This document shows positions 11,846 through 27,346 of a stretch of 64,000 bases of DNA, in pieces (position 1 is the first letter of the stretch; the number at the start of each line of letters is the position of its first letter). The notes below the pieces were generated by a model that had not been told where the DNA came from, did no database searches, and was given only the letters and a program-made list of their open reading frames with translations. The stretch lies in NCBI GenBank assembly GCA_951406725.2, contig OX597834.1, positions 45,508,001 to 45,572,000 on the forward strand, written 5' to 3'. The position numbers and the translations under genes were made by a program. This DNA is from Octopus vulgaris (taxonomy: Eukaryota).

Positions 11846-12512
11846 GCCTAGCCTATGTCCCTCCTAATTATATTTAACAATCCACTATTCTTAAACCCAG
11901 GAAACCTCCCAAATTCAACAAATCAGGGTGAAACGTCTCACCTTTCTGAACACGTTTAACATATACTCCGTCCGTTTATAATCCTCTCTCGCTGCTTATT
12001 CACTCAAACTTGTTTGTCTCAATTCATACAAAATACTCCATTGTAGAAACATCTGTATAACACAGAATAATGATACAATGTGTATTTTACCGTTCACTCT
12101 GTTTCTTTGCGCTCATTCTTGTATTTTATTCTGCGTGTATTTGCTTTTGCAATTTCGTTATCCCTGCTACAACCATTTTTTCTCCGTCGCATCTATTTTT
12201 TTAAAAATCCTATCTTATATTTTTCTACTTTCTTAATTAGCTTTTATTCCTTTTCCTAACTTTCTAACAAACATTTCTTCTTCCTGGAATTAAATTTCAA
12301 AGTATTTCATATTTTATTCTTTATGGTTTCCATTTTTTATTAGACGATTCCTTATACAACGTACATAGTTCAAGCAGCTTGCATATATACATGTGTTTGT
12401 CCAGGATAGGACTACAAAGCCACAGCAGGAAATGTATCAGGACATGAAATGTAAAAGCCGAACTGGACTATTTTATGTGCAACTCCATTGTCTCCAGAGA
12501 CAAAAAGGATGC

Positions 12513-12555
<43 letters not shown>

Positions 12556-12577
12556 GTGTGTGTGTGTGTGTTATATT

Positions 12578-12624
<47 letters not shown>

Positions 12625-12647
12625 TGTGTGTGTGTGTGTGTTATATT

Positions 12648-12692
<45 letters not shown>

Positions 12693-12709
12693 TGTATGTG
12701 TGTTATATT

Positions 12710-12749
<40 letters not shown>

Positions 12750-13199
12750 GTTTGTATGTGTGTGTGTAAAGACATGTGCAATACAATGATAGACAGGTTA
12801 ATAAAAAGTGACAGATGTAGAAAATAGTTATATTTCTTTTGCATATATACCTGCAAATGTTTATGAACTATTTATGTGTATATGTACACATAATATGTAT
12901 AAGTTGTATCTGTGTGTGAGTTAGTATTGCATTTCCTTGTATTGCATTGTGTCATTTTCACATGTTGCTTTCATACATTTTCCAATATATCATTGCAACT
13001 GTATTTAAAATATTTTTTCACTTCATCTCACAAATACCTCCTCCCACACGACCAAACAGACTGTGAATGTAATTGTATATATATATATGTATATACATGG
13101 ATAGATAGCAACACATGTGCATCAATAGGTGTTTCTTCTTTTTTTCTCTTCCACGATTGTATGATTGTGCCTATATGTATATACCCAGTTTCAGATATG

Positions 13200-13450
13200 A
13201 TTGTGCGTTGGGTGGGGTATGTGCTAGTGGGTATGGAGTGTAGGTGGTGAGCAGAGGGGGTATCAATGAATAATGAAGAGAGGAAGTAAGTGTCAGAGCA
13301 AGAGAGGAAAGGAGAGGTAAGTATGAGTGAAGGAGTCAGATGAGTGTAGGTAGGAGTGTAGGTGTCAGATGAAGAGAGGAGGGGAGTTTAGCCCATGTGG
13401 AGCAAAGGAGCGAAGAGAGAAGTTTAATTCCTGTTCACGGAGGTGTCCGA
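13200..13450 (-). pseudogene. Penelope-like element GIY-YIG endonuclease C-terminal fragment plus pyrimidine-rich 3' region
   Basis: The minus strand at 13445-13381 translates HLREQELNFSLRSFAPHGLNSP, matching the RExxxIxxLxxxxPxGLN terminus of PLE GIY-YIG domains. Confidence 0.6.
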
Positions 13451-13470
13451 GAGAGAATTAATAGTGGTTA

Positions 13471-13618
13471 CAGATGGTACTCATTAGCACCGCATTTCCT
13501 AAAATTAAGAGTTGAATTACTTTTCAATATAGTTAAAATGGTTAAAATTAAATTCAATGGTTTTGTGGTTTTGCGTCATTTTAACTTTCTCAAATGCGGT
13601 GCAAGTCAGCACCATCTG
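13471..13618. mobile_element. ~150-bp MITE with ~40-bp imperfect TIRs
   Basis: TA|CAGATGGTACTCATTAGCACCGCATTT... versus ...AAATGCGGTGCAAGTCAGCACCATCTG|TC. Confidence 0.7.
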
Positions 13619-13632
13619 TCATTTTTGTTGAC

Positions 13633-14922
<1,290 letters not shown>

Positions 14923-15929
14923 GTATGTATAAACGTATATGTGTGTGTGTATATATATATATACACACACTCACACACACGCACATATACACATACGCAC
15001 ACACCCACAACCAACCAACTACACTCACACACACACATATATATATATGTATATATACATACATACATATATATATACTATACGGTATTTTAAAACACGG
15101 GTTACGAGAAATTACAGCCAAATAATATAATTATCTCTTGAAACAATAGGCCTTGTTAAATACACTGATTGGGTGTATAGAATGGTGTTGAATGCTCAGC
15201 ACATGCACACACACAAACACACACACAACACACACACACAAACACATACACAGCACACACACACAAACACAAACATACACACACAAACATGCTTAAACAA
15301 ATATTCCTAATATACATAATTTATATGTCAATACACACATTTATATATGCATATATGCGTGCCTATGCATGTAATTTTATGCATGTGTGAGAATATTTCT
15401 TCGTGCATGCTTAAGGTTACTCATACATTCATGTGTGTAGCTGTATACGCGAGTTTGTGTTCAAACGCGTGCGTACTGTCGTATTTATTATCAGAGTATA
15501 CACTCTCACCTAGATGGCTCATATCTTTATAGTTTGTGCGCAGGCGTGACCTGAATAAATGAATAAATCAGATATTGAATTAAAATCTATTTTAAAAATG
15601 CTCTGATATTACTAAAATTGTAACTACTGCTACAACTACAACTACAACTACGAAGTGTGTGTGTGTGTTTCTGGTGGTGGGCGTGGGCGTATGTGTAATG
15701 TGTATGTCGGTGTGTATGTGTGTGAGTGTGTGTGTGAATATACATATATATGTATACATTCACACATACATATAAACATATATACATCTACTACTTCTAC
15801 TACACCATCAACATGAATACTACTGCTGCTGCTGCTACTACTACTACTACTACTACTACTACTGCCGCTGCTGCTGCTGCCGCCGCTGCAACTGCTTCTG
15901 CTTCTGCTGCTGCTTCTGCTACAGCAGCA

Positions 15930-15966
<37 letters not shown>

Positions 15967-16307
15967 TCACAACTGCTGTCGCCTCCTTGGGTTCCTGGGA
16001 AAATACAGCATTAAGGCAAAAAACAAACAGAACACCTCCCTTGAAAAAAGTCATAGAAAGGAACACAGCCATTACTTTCGTTTGAAAGAGTAAGTTTCAT
16101 TCTTTCTTGTTACGTAGAATAAAAAAGAATAATGGAGTATTTTGAAGAATAAATGTGAGTTATCGATATATCGATGGATCAATGATAAGATGCCATTTAT
16201 TCCAAAAGAAGTTCAATCGAATTTCCTTTTAGTAAGAGGTGAAATATTTTAAAGGTAATTATATACGTAAGCATGTTGAGTGTATGTATATGCGTTAATA
16301 CTGCCCG

Positions 16308-16348
<41 letters not shown>

Positions 16349-16520
16349 ATTGGTATGTATATATGTACATATATATATATTATATATACACACATATATA
16401 TATACAAAGAGAGAGAGAGAGAGAAAGAGTAAGTATAAGCGAGCGTGTGAATGAGTAGGAGGATGTGAGTATGTATTTGTGTATAGATGTATGCGTGTAG
16501 GTAAATGTATATATACATAT

Positions 16521-16577
<57 letters not shown>

Positions 16578-16627
16578 AATGTATATATATATATATATAT
16601 ATAAATACATATATATATATACATATT

Positions 16628-16672
<45 letters not shown>

Positions 16673-16676
<4 letters not shown>

Positions 16677-16860
16677 CGTTGGCGATTTTTTTCCTCTGTC
16701 TTCCCTTCTCTGGATCTTTCCTTCTGCTATGTTACCGACGAAGAGCTCCGCTCGAAACGTTAAACGGTCCTTCTTTCCTGAGCGTCCAATAATACTATAT
16801 TTGTTCCACGTCCTCGCGTTATTGTGTTTTTTATTTGTGCTTTCTTGTTTGGATTAACTA
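16673..16860 (+). mobile_element. Short Penelope-type element with hammerhead-like motif
   Basis: GTTA CCGACGA A GAGC-TCC-GCTC GAAA CGTT AAAC at 16731-16765; lies between (TG)n and (TA)n. Confidence 0.7.
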
Positions 16861-16873
16861 TATATATATATAT

Positions 16874-16958
<85 letters not shown>

Positions 16959-16979
16959 CATATATATATATAAACATAC

Positions 16980-17024
<45 letters not shown>

Positions 17025-17103
17025 GGAGAAATAGAGCAACGTGTAACAATTAGAAGTTGATCATTATTATTCAATGATCGTATTTCAGTTATGGTTAAAG
17101 TAA

Positions 17104-17183
17104 CGTTTACAGCTGTTTCAGTTTGTTATTTTTGAGGTAAACTTGCGTTTATCTCGTTCACTGTAACGAACGTCGTCAAAATG
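17104..17183 (-). ncRNA. Degenerate type-I hammerhead with long stem II
   Basis: Minus strand: CATT TTGACGA [CGTTCGTTA...TAACAAACT] GAAA CAGCT GTA AACG; palindromic stem III ACAGCTGT; C3 is mutated. Confidence 0.5.
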
Positions 17184-17822
17184 ATTTGAACTTTACCAGA
17201 GGAATATTGATGTGTGATCGAAGTTTGTCAGGAGAAAATAGGGACAAGAGGAAAGGAAAAGAAAAAGGGAAAGAAAGGGGAAAAAAGGAGAAGTTTCGAC
17301 AGGTCTTTAGGCATACATTTTTGCATCCTGAAAAGATTGCACGTGTGTGTACAGTTGCTTCGAATAGATGAGTGCTCCATTCTGATGTTTGTTGATGGGA
17401 CGAGTTAAACGTAAGTTTACGTAAAAACTAACAACATTAGATGTTATCTTATCCATAATTAAACCATGATCATTCAACGCTAATGATCAACTGGTAATTG
17501 TTACATGCTCCTCCATTTCTTCTCGTAACATATCTGAATATATTAAACCAACAACTGTTAATCTTACAGCAAGGTGTATACGTAGTTAGGTAATGGACCA
17601 GTAGTGCCTACCGATACATTTATACCTTAATCGGATGCATAATCTCTAACTCGTAATTCATATATATACATGTATGTATGTATGTATGTATAACAAAATA
17701 ACTGAGATTCAGATGCATCAGTTGAGGCACGAAAAATTAGTCCGGTATTATCCGTACAATTTCAAAATGAGGTGAATAAAATCAAAATAAGCAACAGGTT
17801 ATCAAGAGGTGTTATCCTGTTG

Positions 17823-17873
<51 letters not shown>

Positions 17874-17874
17874 A

Positions 17875-17961
<87 letters not shown>

Positions 17962-18856
17962 ACATATCTATGTTTATAAATATATATATATATATATATA
18001 CATATATAATTGTGTGTGTAGGTATGTATGTATATATACATGTACATATACATATACGTATATATAAATATATACATATATATATATATACACACACACA
18101 CATATATGTACGTCTATACATATGTGTACGCTAAATACCTGTTTCTATATTCGTTCAATGCTACTCCTCACTATTTATATATATGTAATTACGACGGTTT
18201 ATGACTGTGTATATTCATGACTGCATGTAGTTTTGCATTTCAAATGTGTGTCCAAGATTCAATACCTAGATATAGCCCCAACAGCTGATGGACTCGTAGG
18301 GTAATTTCTCTTATCTATGGTGCACCAATAGAAACACCACCTCATGAACTCTGTTCCTGTCTAGCAACACAAGAACTGAGGATGATTTCTTCTGGAAATA
18401 AAAATTATAAAAAAGATCATCAGTGTAGCTTTTGCGGTTTATCGACCCGCAAAAACTAAAACACAGTAGTTCTGTATGGGTTTAGAACTGAGATGTGAGA
18501 GAGAACGCATGCTACGAGGTATTCTTTCCAAAGCTGTAACAACTCATCAAACTTCATTCTGTATTCTTCGTTTCTGTATACTTCTCAATATGTGATTCTC
18601 TGTGTGAGTGTGAGCTAGCGTGCGTACTTGCCCGCATTTGTGCCTGAGAGATTGCTGGCGCGTTTAATGTGTGCGTTTGTGTGTGATCGTGTGCTAAAGA
18701 GCAGCCTGCCTGCTAGCGTGATTACCTGCGTGCATTTACGTGTGAGCGAGTGCTAGCGTGCGGACCTACATGCATTTGTCAGGTGAGCGAGTGCTACTGC
18801 ACCTATGTGCGTGCATTTATGCGTGAACAAGTGCTACCGCGCATACATGCTTGCAC

Positions 18857-18894
<38 letters not shown>

Positions 18895-19107
18895 CTCTTT
18901 TAGCCAGTATAAACTTTGTACGTATAATAAATGCGTGTTGATATGTGTGTGTATTTTGTGTTTATTGCTAAACAGAACTAAATTTGCACTTACGTTAGTG
19001 TTCTTTGTATGCGTGCATCTCTGCCTGTCTGTAAATATAACATTATACGACATATAAATGTTTGATGTGTGTGCATACATATATACATACATACGTACGT
19101 ACATACA

Positions 19108-19179
<72 letters not shown>

Positions 19180-19208
19180 AGTATATATATAAGTATATGA
19201 TAAGTAGA

Positions 19209-19600
19209 GGCTTTCTGGTAAGTAGCTTACTTACCAACCACATGGTTCCATGTTCAGTCCCACTGCGTGGCACCTTGGGAAAGTGTCTTCTATTGTAGCC
19301 TCGGCCCGTCCAAAGCCTTGTGAGTGGATTCGTTAGATGGAAACTGAAAGAATCCCGTCGTATATATGTATATGTCTATATATGCGTGTGTGCTTGCGTG
19401 TTTGTGTCCCCCCCCCAACATCGCCTGACAACCGATGTTGTTGTGCTTACGTCCCCGTAACCTAGAGGTTCGGCAAAAAAGATCGATAGAATAAGTACTA
19501 TGCTTACAAAGAATAAATCTTGGGGTTCATTTTCTCGACTAAAAGCGGTGCTCCACCATGGCCGCAGTCAAAAGACTGAAACGAGTAAAATATTAAAAGA
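19209..19600 (+). mobile_element. tRNA-derived SINE family B, near full length
   Basis: Head TGGTAAGTAGCTTACTTACCAACCACATGGTTCCATGTTCAGTCCCACTGCGTGGCACCTTGGG, body GGAAACTGAAAGAA, internal microsatellite, tail GGTTCGGCAAAA...GCGGTGCTCCACCATGGCCGCAGTC. Confidence 0.85.
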
Positions 19601-19617
19601 GTAAGAACATATAAACA

Positions 19618-19715
<98 letters not shown>

Positions 19716-21877
19716 TCTTTGCTAATCATATAAAGAAAAGAAAACACATGCACAGACACGCAGAATATCACACGCACGTACCAACACATTCATATATTTA
19801 CGTAAACTTGTATATACTCATAAAATTAATCATTGCGCCTACTAGAAATGTAAAAATGGCAGCCAATATTCCTTAAAATTCCACACTTCCATCACTAATG
19901 AATAAAACTATGTAGTGTAACGTAAGACACAATCCCTGAGAAATGAAAACTACATAAGTCTTTTAGGACACTCTCCATAGTGTTTGGTGCATTTATATTT
20001 CCGCATCTTTACACAACAAGCAAGAAAGTGTTTCCAACGCGGAGTTCTGCTTAACCCCTCATACAGTTTTATTTTTGGGTATTTCAAGAAATTTTTTTCG
20101 AATTTGTGTTTTACACTCGGTGATTGATATGAATATGCAAAAAAGAAAGAAATGAATAATAATAATAAATTTTGTTCCTTGATTTAAGGGATATTTAGCT
20201 GTTATTTTTAGCACATCAGATGACCATCGCATCCCTTCCTCCTTTGTGTGTCAGTCGGTTGTATTGATACTTTTCAAACTTTTTCTCCCCATAAATACAT
20301 TTGATGATCTATTGCTGGGATTTAAGCCAAAATTTCGGTCTGCCAGTATTTGAAACTGATTAAAAAAAAAAATCGAAACATTACATCGAATTATTTGTTT
20401 TATTTTCATAGTCATGTGAATTCCCGTGTGTAAAATACAAATTTGCAAAACTTTTCGAAAATTCCAAAGTCTAAAAATAATTCATGAAGTGTTATGTGGC
20501 GTGCTTAAACCAAAATTCCGCAATTTCTTAAAAACATGATACATCTTGAAGCCCTTTATAAAGGATAAAACCATTGTAAATATATTCTTGGCTACCGCTT
20601 TTGCTCAGAAAATAAAGAAATCAGAATGGCCATAGCGAGAGCAACTGTTATAGTAAATATCCTCAAAAGGAACTGATTCGTGGCGAACTGACAACTAAGA
20701 TTCATACATAATATTCTTTTCCCAAACCAATTCCACTATATCTTTACCTCTACCTATGTATTCTTCTACAAGAGTTAAACCACACAAATGTTAGAACATA
20801 GCCAGGATGCATTTTGGTTCCCCTTGTTATACTTAAATAGGGCTAACTCGGGGCTAATGTACAGCTACAACTAATACAAGCTATTCTTTCCATAGAATAT
20901 ATTTATTTCAGTTATAAATGGAAGCCAAATAACGAATTTTATAAATGAAATGCATAAACAAATTTCCTACAGTTTACAGAACTATTAATATCGAATTTAT
21001 AATGCTAAATACTTTGCTATATTCCCCGCCTTGCTTTCAATACACCATTAATCTGGCTAATCGGTCAAGCGTGATTTCGGCCAATTTTTCCCCATAATCT
21101 GCCCTTGTGTCCCGTATCCATATCCATATCTTCTCTTTTAAATCCGAAATTGATGAAGCATTATAAGCTGAAATTTTCTTATATTTATATTTAATGCGAT
21201 GCATTTTCTGCAAGGGTCACGTCAGAATATAATCGTTATATATTTATCCAGTTGTGTAATCGGATTATGTCTAATCTTTTACGTATTTTACAGAAATGGC
21301 AGAGAGTTCTTGGCAGTCGGAATATACTGCGATTATGGATGATTATAAGTGCAGGTATTTTCTTCAAAATATTTAGCTAGGTTTTACATGACATGACTAT
21401 GTCTTTAGACATTCTTTCATTTGCTTCACTTCATGTGCTGCGGCCATGCTGTGACAGCAGCTTGGTATGGAGTTTAGTCGAACAAATCTACATCACTAGT
21501 TGTTATTGTTGCCCGGCATCTATCACATTTTCTCGAGCCGATAGCTTATGGTGACGTAAACAAACCAATACCTGTTGTGAAAGTGCGTAACGACTGGGGC
21601 ATAAGCCTGCACAAAAACAATGAAAGATCATTTGTTTATATTGAACTTTAGTAAATATTTCATATTCTGTTTAGCAAGGTGAGTAACAGAGACATTATGA
21701 AAGAGTTGCAATATATATACATCTGTGTGTGCGCGCGTGCGTGTGCATTTGTGTATGTAAACACAGATATATATGCATATATATATATATATGTTTGTTT
21801 ACGTTCATCGTAATTTGAATTTAACATATGTATACATATTTATATGCATATATACAAACACATGTACGCATATATAA

Positions 21878-21917
<40 letters not shown>

Positions 21918-23111
21918 GCATTGCAAAACTAGCCTCCACATAATAATCGATAAACATTGACTGATGCTTTCAAGTGAAGTGCACATGTTGTGTGTAATGT
22001 ATAGCAGTGCTTACACGACAATGACATTTGCTTCCAAGTTTCACACGGAGTCAAAGCAAGGAAGTAGTAACACATACTTACATTCATACAATCCTATATT
22101 ATAGATACATATTAATAATAATAATAATCCACGGATGGAATTTATAAATACTTCAAAGTATGGCTACGCGTGTTTCCAGAAGTCACACATTTCTTACGAT
22201 CAGAGTCCCTATTTCTGGGATGATTATAGTACAGTCGTAGTATCCTTGGACATCGAGTGGATCATAGATCCATTTCAACAGGGGATTTACCATTACAGTT
22301 GGAAACAAAGAATGTATAACTGAAAGATGTTTATCAATTTTCACCAATCAAAAAGTTCGTTGGGGTATGTGAGTAGTTCTGTGTGTATTGGGTAGGGAAG
22401 AATAGAAGGTGATGGAAAGAGATAAACGAATGGTAATAATAAAGGATAACAAGGTGTGTATGTGTGTGTGCTGAGGCTAGACTAGATTTGATATTTCTGT
22501 GTTGTTGTAAGGACATATATCGATACAAATGTATGTTCGAATGCGAATATATGCAGCTGTACAGCTAGCTAAGAGAAAGCATTTTGTCAGCTACATTCAA
22601 ATTTCACATATTGTAACTTCGTTCCTATCCTAATAATAGCTGTACACAAAGACAATGTATCATCCAATCAGGACGAAGAGATGTAGCCCGAGATCCGCGT
22701 AATCTGCAAATTAAATCTATTTCCCAAACAATATCAACACAATACTGAATTGCTATCTCTCAAAACTTTGGGCTGTCGTTTCGTAAACAAAAGACTGTGA
22801 ACCTTTTGGGAAGTTGTCTGAGATGACAGTTCGATAAATTCATAAAAGTACGTGTCTTTTACTGCGCCAGGAATGTCAAATAGACTTCATGTCACTTAAT
22901 ATGTAATATATATTAAATTTATGAAATTCACTACTATCTAATATTTAAGTACATTTTATCATTATTCATACCGCTAACACGACAAGTGCCAGTGCCACCA
23001 CCAACACTATCACATCAACATTGCTACCTGGGAGCTACATTCAACACTAACATTTCTAACACATTACAACCACAGCCACTTCTATCGCAAATAATGCCAC
23101 CACGCATTTTT

Positions 23112-23275
23112 GTATTTCTTTAATGCCTACAGGGGGCTAAACATAGAGGGGATAAACAATGACAGACGAAGGGATTAAGTGGATTACATCGACTCCAGTG
23201 CATAACTGGTACTAATTTAATCGATCCCGAAAGGATGAAAGGCAAAGTCGACCTCGGCGGAATTTGAACTCAGAA
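23112..23275 (-). mobile_element. SINE family A, 3' part
   Basis: CCCGAAAGGATGAAAGGCAAAGTCGACCTCGGCGGAATTTGAACTC on the + strand. Confidence 0.8.
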
Positions 23276-23347
23276 AGAGTAGTACTGGAGAATGCTTCAA
23301 GAATTGAATGCGTATGCATGCAGGAAAGATTAATAAATAAATATACG

Positions 23348-23770
23348 CTTTTATTTGTTTCAGTCATTTGATTGTGACCATGCTGGAGCACCGCCTTTAA
23401 TCAAGCAAATCGACCCCAGGATTTATTCTTTGTAAGCCTTGTACTTATTCTATCGGTCTCTTTGGACGAACCGCTAATTTACGGGGACGTAACCACACCA
23501 GCATCGATTGTCAAGTGATGCTGAGAGAATAAACACAGACACACAAACATATATAAACACATACAAACATGCATACATACATGCATATTTATATATATAC
23601 ATATATACGACGAGCTTCTTTCAGTTTCCGTCTACCAAATCCACTCACAAGGCTTTGGTCGGCCCGAGGCTATAGTAGAAGACATTTGCCCAAGGTGCCA
23701 CGGTGTGGGACAGAACCCGGAACCATGTGGTTCGTAAGTAATCTACTTACGACGCAGCCACATCTACACC
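23348..23770 (-). mobile_element. SINE family B, near full length
   Basis: Reverse complement of the 19209-19600 copy along its whole length. Confidence 0.85.
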
Positions 23771-23890
23771 TGACAAATAAAAGAAATGGGTCATTCGTTC
23801 ATATCTCCAATAAAATGCCAAACTTTCTGAAAGAAAATGACTTTCGAAAATGGCTTGATTCGCTACTTAAAAACATTGAAAGTACTCTTC

Positions 23891-23962
<72 letters not shown>

Positions 23963-24160
23963 ATCTCACTCTCCCTATCTCCCTGTCTAAATATCTATAT
24001 ATACGTCTGTGCGCGCATGTGTGTATGAGGTGTGTGTGACTGTGTGACTGTGTGTTTGCACAAATACACAGAAATATATGAACAGATACAATGTACAGAT
24101 TTGCAAAATATACCTATATTTATATTATACATACGTACATACATACACATACACATATAT

Positions 24161-24198
<38 letters not shown>

Positions 24199-25161
24199 GC
24201 ATATGTATGTATGCATATATTTGTGTATATATGTATATATATATATGTATGTATGTATATATATATATATGTGCGTGTGTTTATATATGTGTATACACCC
24301 ACACATATGTAAGTATAATTACGCCTAATGTTTCAACCTATTTTCTCTGTATACCTAATCATATCCGCGCTCCCATCATATATAGTTATACGTTTCATTT
24401 GTAAATGACACAGTCTATTGTTTGCTCACCTGCATTTGCAGTTCATTTCCTGTCAATTTAACTGTGTTATTTTCTCCCGTTATGCCAGTACTCTATATTA
24501 ACTCTGTGACCAACACCTCTCTCAACCGTTCTTCTTCGTATACACTTACTTTCGTTTTCTCGATTTCTCTCCTAGCGTCTCTCACTAACTCTTTTGTACT
24601 ATGTATCATTACAAGCTTTCAGTTTTCAAGTTTAATATAAGACGAGAAACAAGAACAACAACAGCAACAACAAAAACAATAATATCACTGAAATCATGGA
24701 TAATATTTACAATGGCCACATCAAACGCAATAACATAATTTACAACCGCTGTACAGACAAGTGAATGAAAATCTGCAAGGAATATTCCTCCGAGTTCTTT
24801 GAATACTTAAAGTTGCAGTTATCACTGTCGATATTTCTCGGTCTCATTATTTGTTTTTGTCAGCCTCATTCTATCTGCTACGCGGTTTATATATGTGTCA
24901 GTATATACATGTCGAACCAAATATCAGTTATATCAACTAATCTGTCTCTCTATCAATTCATCTATCTATCTGCCCGTCTAGATGCATATATATATATATA
25001 TATTAAATAGAGAAACGATAATAAATATATATAAAGATTATTTCTAGATCAAATCATATATTTTCATTTTATATTTTTGTGTTGAGTTTGATAAAATTTA
25101 TGGATTGATATATCTAGATTATGTCCACTTTATCCATGTTATTAAATATTTTAATTTGATT

Positions 25162-25233
<72 letters not shown>

Positions 25234-25246
25234 GCTATCTGAGTAT

Positions 25247-25305
25247 ATTCCACTGATGAAGGCAGAGCATTTCTTATGCAGAGCCAAACATCCGCGATTC
25301 GGAAT
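25247..25305 (+). ncRNA. Degenerate hammerhead motif after (TA)n
   Basis: ATTCCA CTGATGA A GGC...GCC (G missing) AAAC ATC-CGC-GAT TC GGAAT; stems I-III are recognisable but G12 is absent. Confidence 0.45.
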
Positions 25306-25479
25306 TATCCAGTAATTGTTTTGTCTCTTTGTTCAATATGATTAGGGAATAATATCTGGTTCCTTGCTTAACTAGTATGGTCAGTCTTTATAGAGAAGTC
25401 CTATAAGATCCCATAATACTCATTTTCCACCACATCGTTTGGTTCGCCTTCGTAGGGCATTCTTATTATTTTAAAACCA

Positions 25480-25830
25480 GTGACACACCCGGATATCATC
25501 CAAATGCACTCCTTAAAGTCATTCCTGCTTTATACACATTTCAGGCTGGTACACTGCACACACTCAAGAAATGATAGCTACTTTCGTCTCCTTTTCTGTA
25601 AATTCTACATTAGGTGTGTGACAGAGGTTTGTTGATCTTTGCCTTCATCAGATGTGTTCTTATAGCTTCTTCCTGAATGGCGGTTCTGAACTTCGTTTCA
25701 GTTTTCCATCTCTCCCCAAGAACCAGTTTTCTTTACTTCTAACATTTTCGATTTGTTGCGTGTATTGGCCACGTAATTCCATTTCTTTCCCTTAGCTTGT
25801 TCTGTCTTTCGTCCTAGCTGCTGATAACAC
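25480..25830 (-). pseudogene. Old R4/Dong-type LINE fragment (pre-knuckle and CCHC region)
   Basis: The minus strand gives AIQEEAIRTHLMKAKINKPLSHT*CRIYRKGDESSYHFLSVC, homologous to AAQDQSLPTRNYQ...CRICGDGQETINHIISSC at 60043; abuts (TTA)n at 25837. Confidence 0.65.
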
Positions 25831-25937
25831 GCTTTTTATTATTATTATCATTATTATTATCAGTGCTGTTGTTGTTCGTGGTGGAGGCGTTAAATATAAG
25901 AAAGCATTATTATCTTTATCCTATCCATAAACATCAC

Positions 25938-25989
<52 letters not shown>

Positions 25990-26250
25990 GTTGCTGTTGT
26001 TGTTGTTGTTGTTGTTGTTGTTGTCGTCGTCGTCGTCGTCATTATCATTATCATTATTACTGAAGAAGAAGAGGAGGAAGAAGAAGAAGAAGAAGAAGAA
26101 GAAGAAGAAGAGCAAGAAGGAGACGAAGAAGAAGAGCAAGAAGGAGACGAAGAAGAAGGAGAAGAAGAAGAAGAAGAAGAAGAGAAGAAGAAGAAGAAGA
26201 AGAAGAAGAAGAAGAAGAAGAAGAAGAAGAAGAAGAAGAAGAAGAAGAAA
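25938..26250. repeat. Compound trinucleotide microsatellite (TAT)(TGT)(CGT)(CAT)...(GAA)n
   Basis: Directly visible. Confidence 0.95.
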
Positions 26251-27144
26251 TATGCATAAGACAATAAACAAAAGTAACTAGAAGACGCATGGCACGAAGA
26301 ATACCAGTGCAAAGATGGCTATACATATTTTCTTCGTGGTTTGGAGGTGGTCTTGTTGTTAGTGACAGAGGTGGTTTGTAGATTGTTAACTAAGTAAGAT
26401 GCTAAAAAAGAAATCAACAAACCTCAACGTGGAATTCTAAGAAAATTCACAGTATTTCTGTTAAGGTGAACAAAACTGAATTACAATCGTATTTCATTAG
26501 ATGTGACAAAGAAATCGTTACTAGCTTTGAATCGATAGGAGGTAAAGCAAAGAAAGAAACGAAATTTGTTTCACCCTATTTACTAAGCTACAAAGCTGCA
26601 GCTGTGCTAGATAGGAATAGAAAATTCATTTCTTGCTTTTAATTAAATTATTTCTTTATTCATATGTATTTATGCTTCCTACCTGTAACAGAAACTTGTT
26701 GAACCTCAATAATATTATGAGGGAAAAAATTATATAAAGAGAACATAAGAGATATTTACAAAAAAAAAAAAAAGAAATTCTAATAATGTAAGGAATTTTC
26801 TTAATGGTAATAACAAAACATACAAATAATAATACTAATTCTATTGTAAGTACTACTACTATTGCAATTCTTACAAGTACAACAACAGCAAATATTACTA
26901 ATTCTATTATTATTATTATTATCATTATTATTATTATTGTTGTTGTTGTTATTATTATTATTATTATTATTTACCGTCTAGGAAAAAAAACTAGATTTAC
27001 CTTCGATTTCCTTTTGCGTGCATCTCACATATAAAGTAATGAAAGACAAATATATTTGACTTTCGTTGTACAATGAAAAACTAATACTAATAATGATAAT
27101 GATAATAATAATAATATTAATAATACTACTACTACTACTACTAC

Positions 27145-27177
<33 letters not shown>

Positions 27178-27185
27178 TAATAATA

Positions 27186-27346
<161 letters not shown>

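Noticed and set aside
22170-22290. Minus-strand GAAACACGCGTA as a hammerhead stem III
   Set aside because: No matching core and stem I at a plausible distance.
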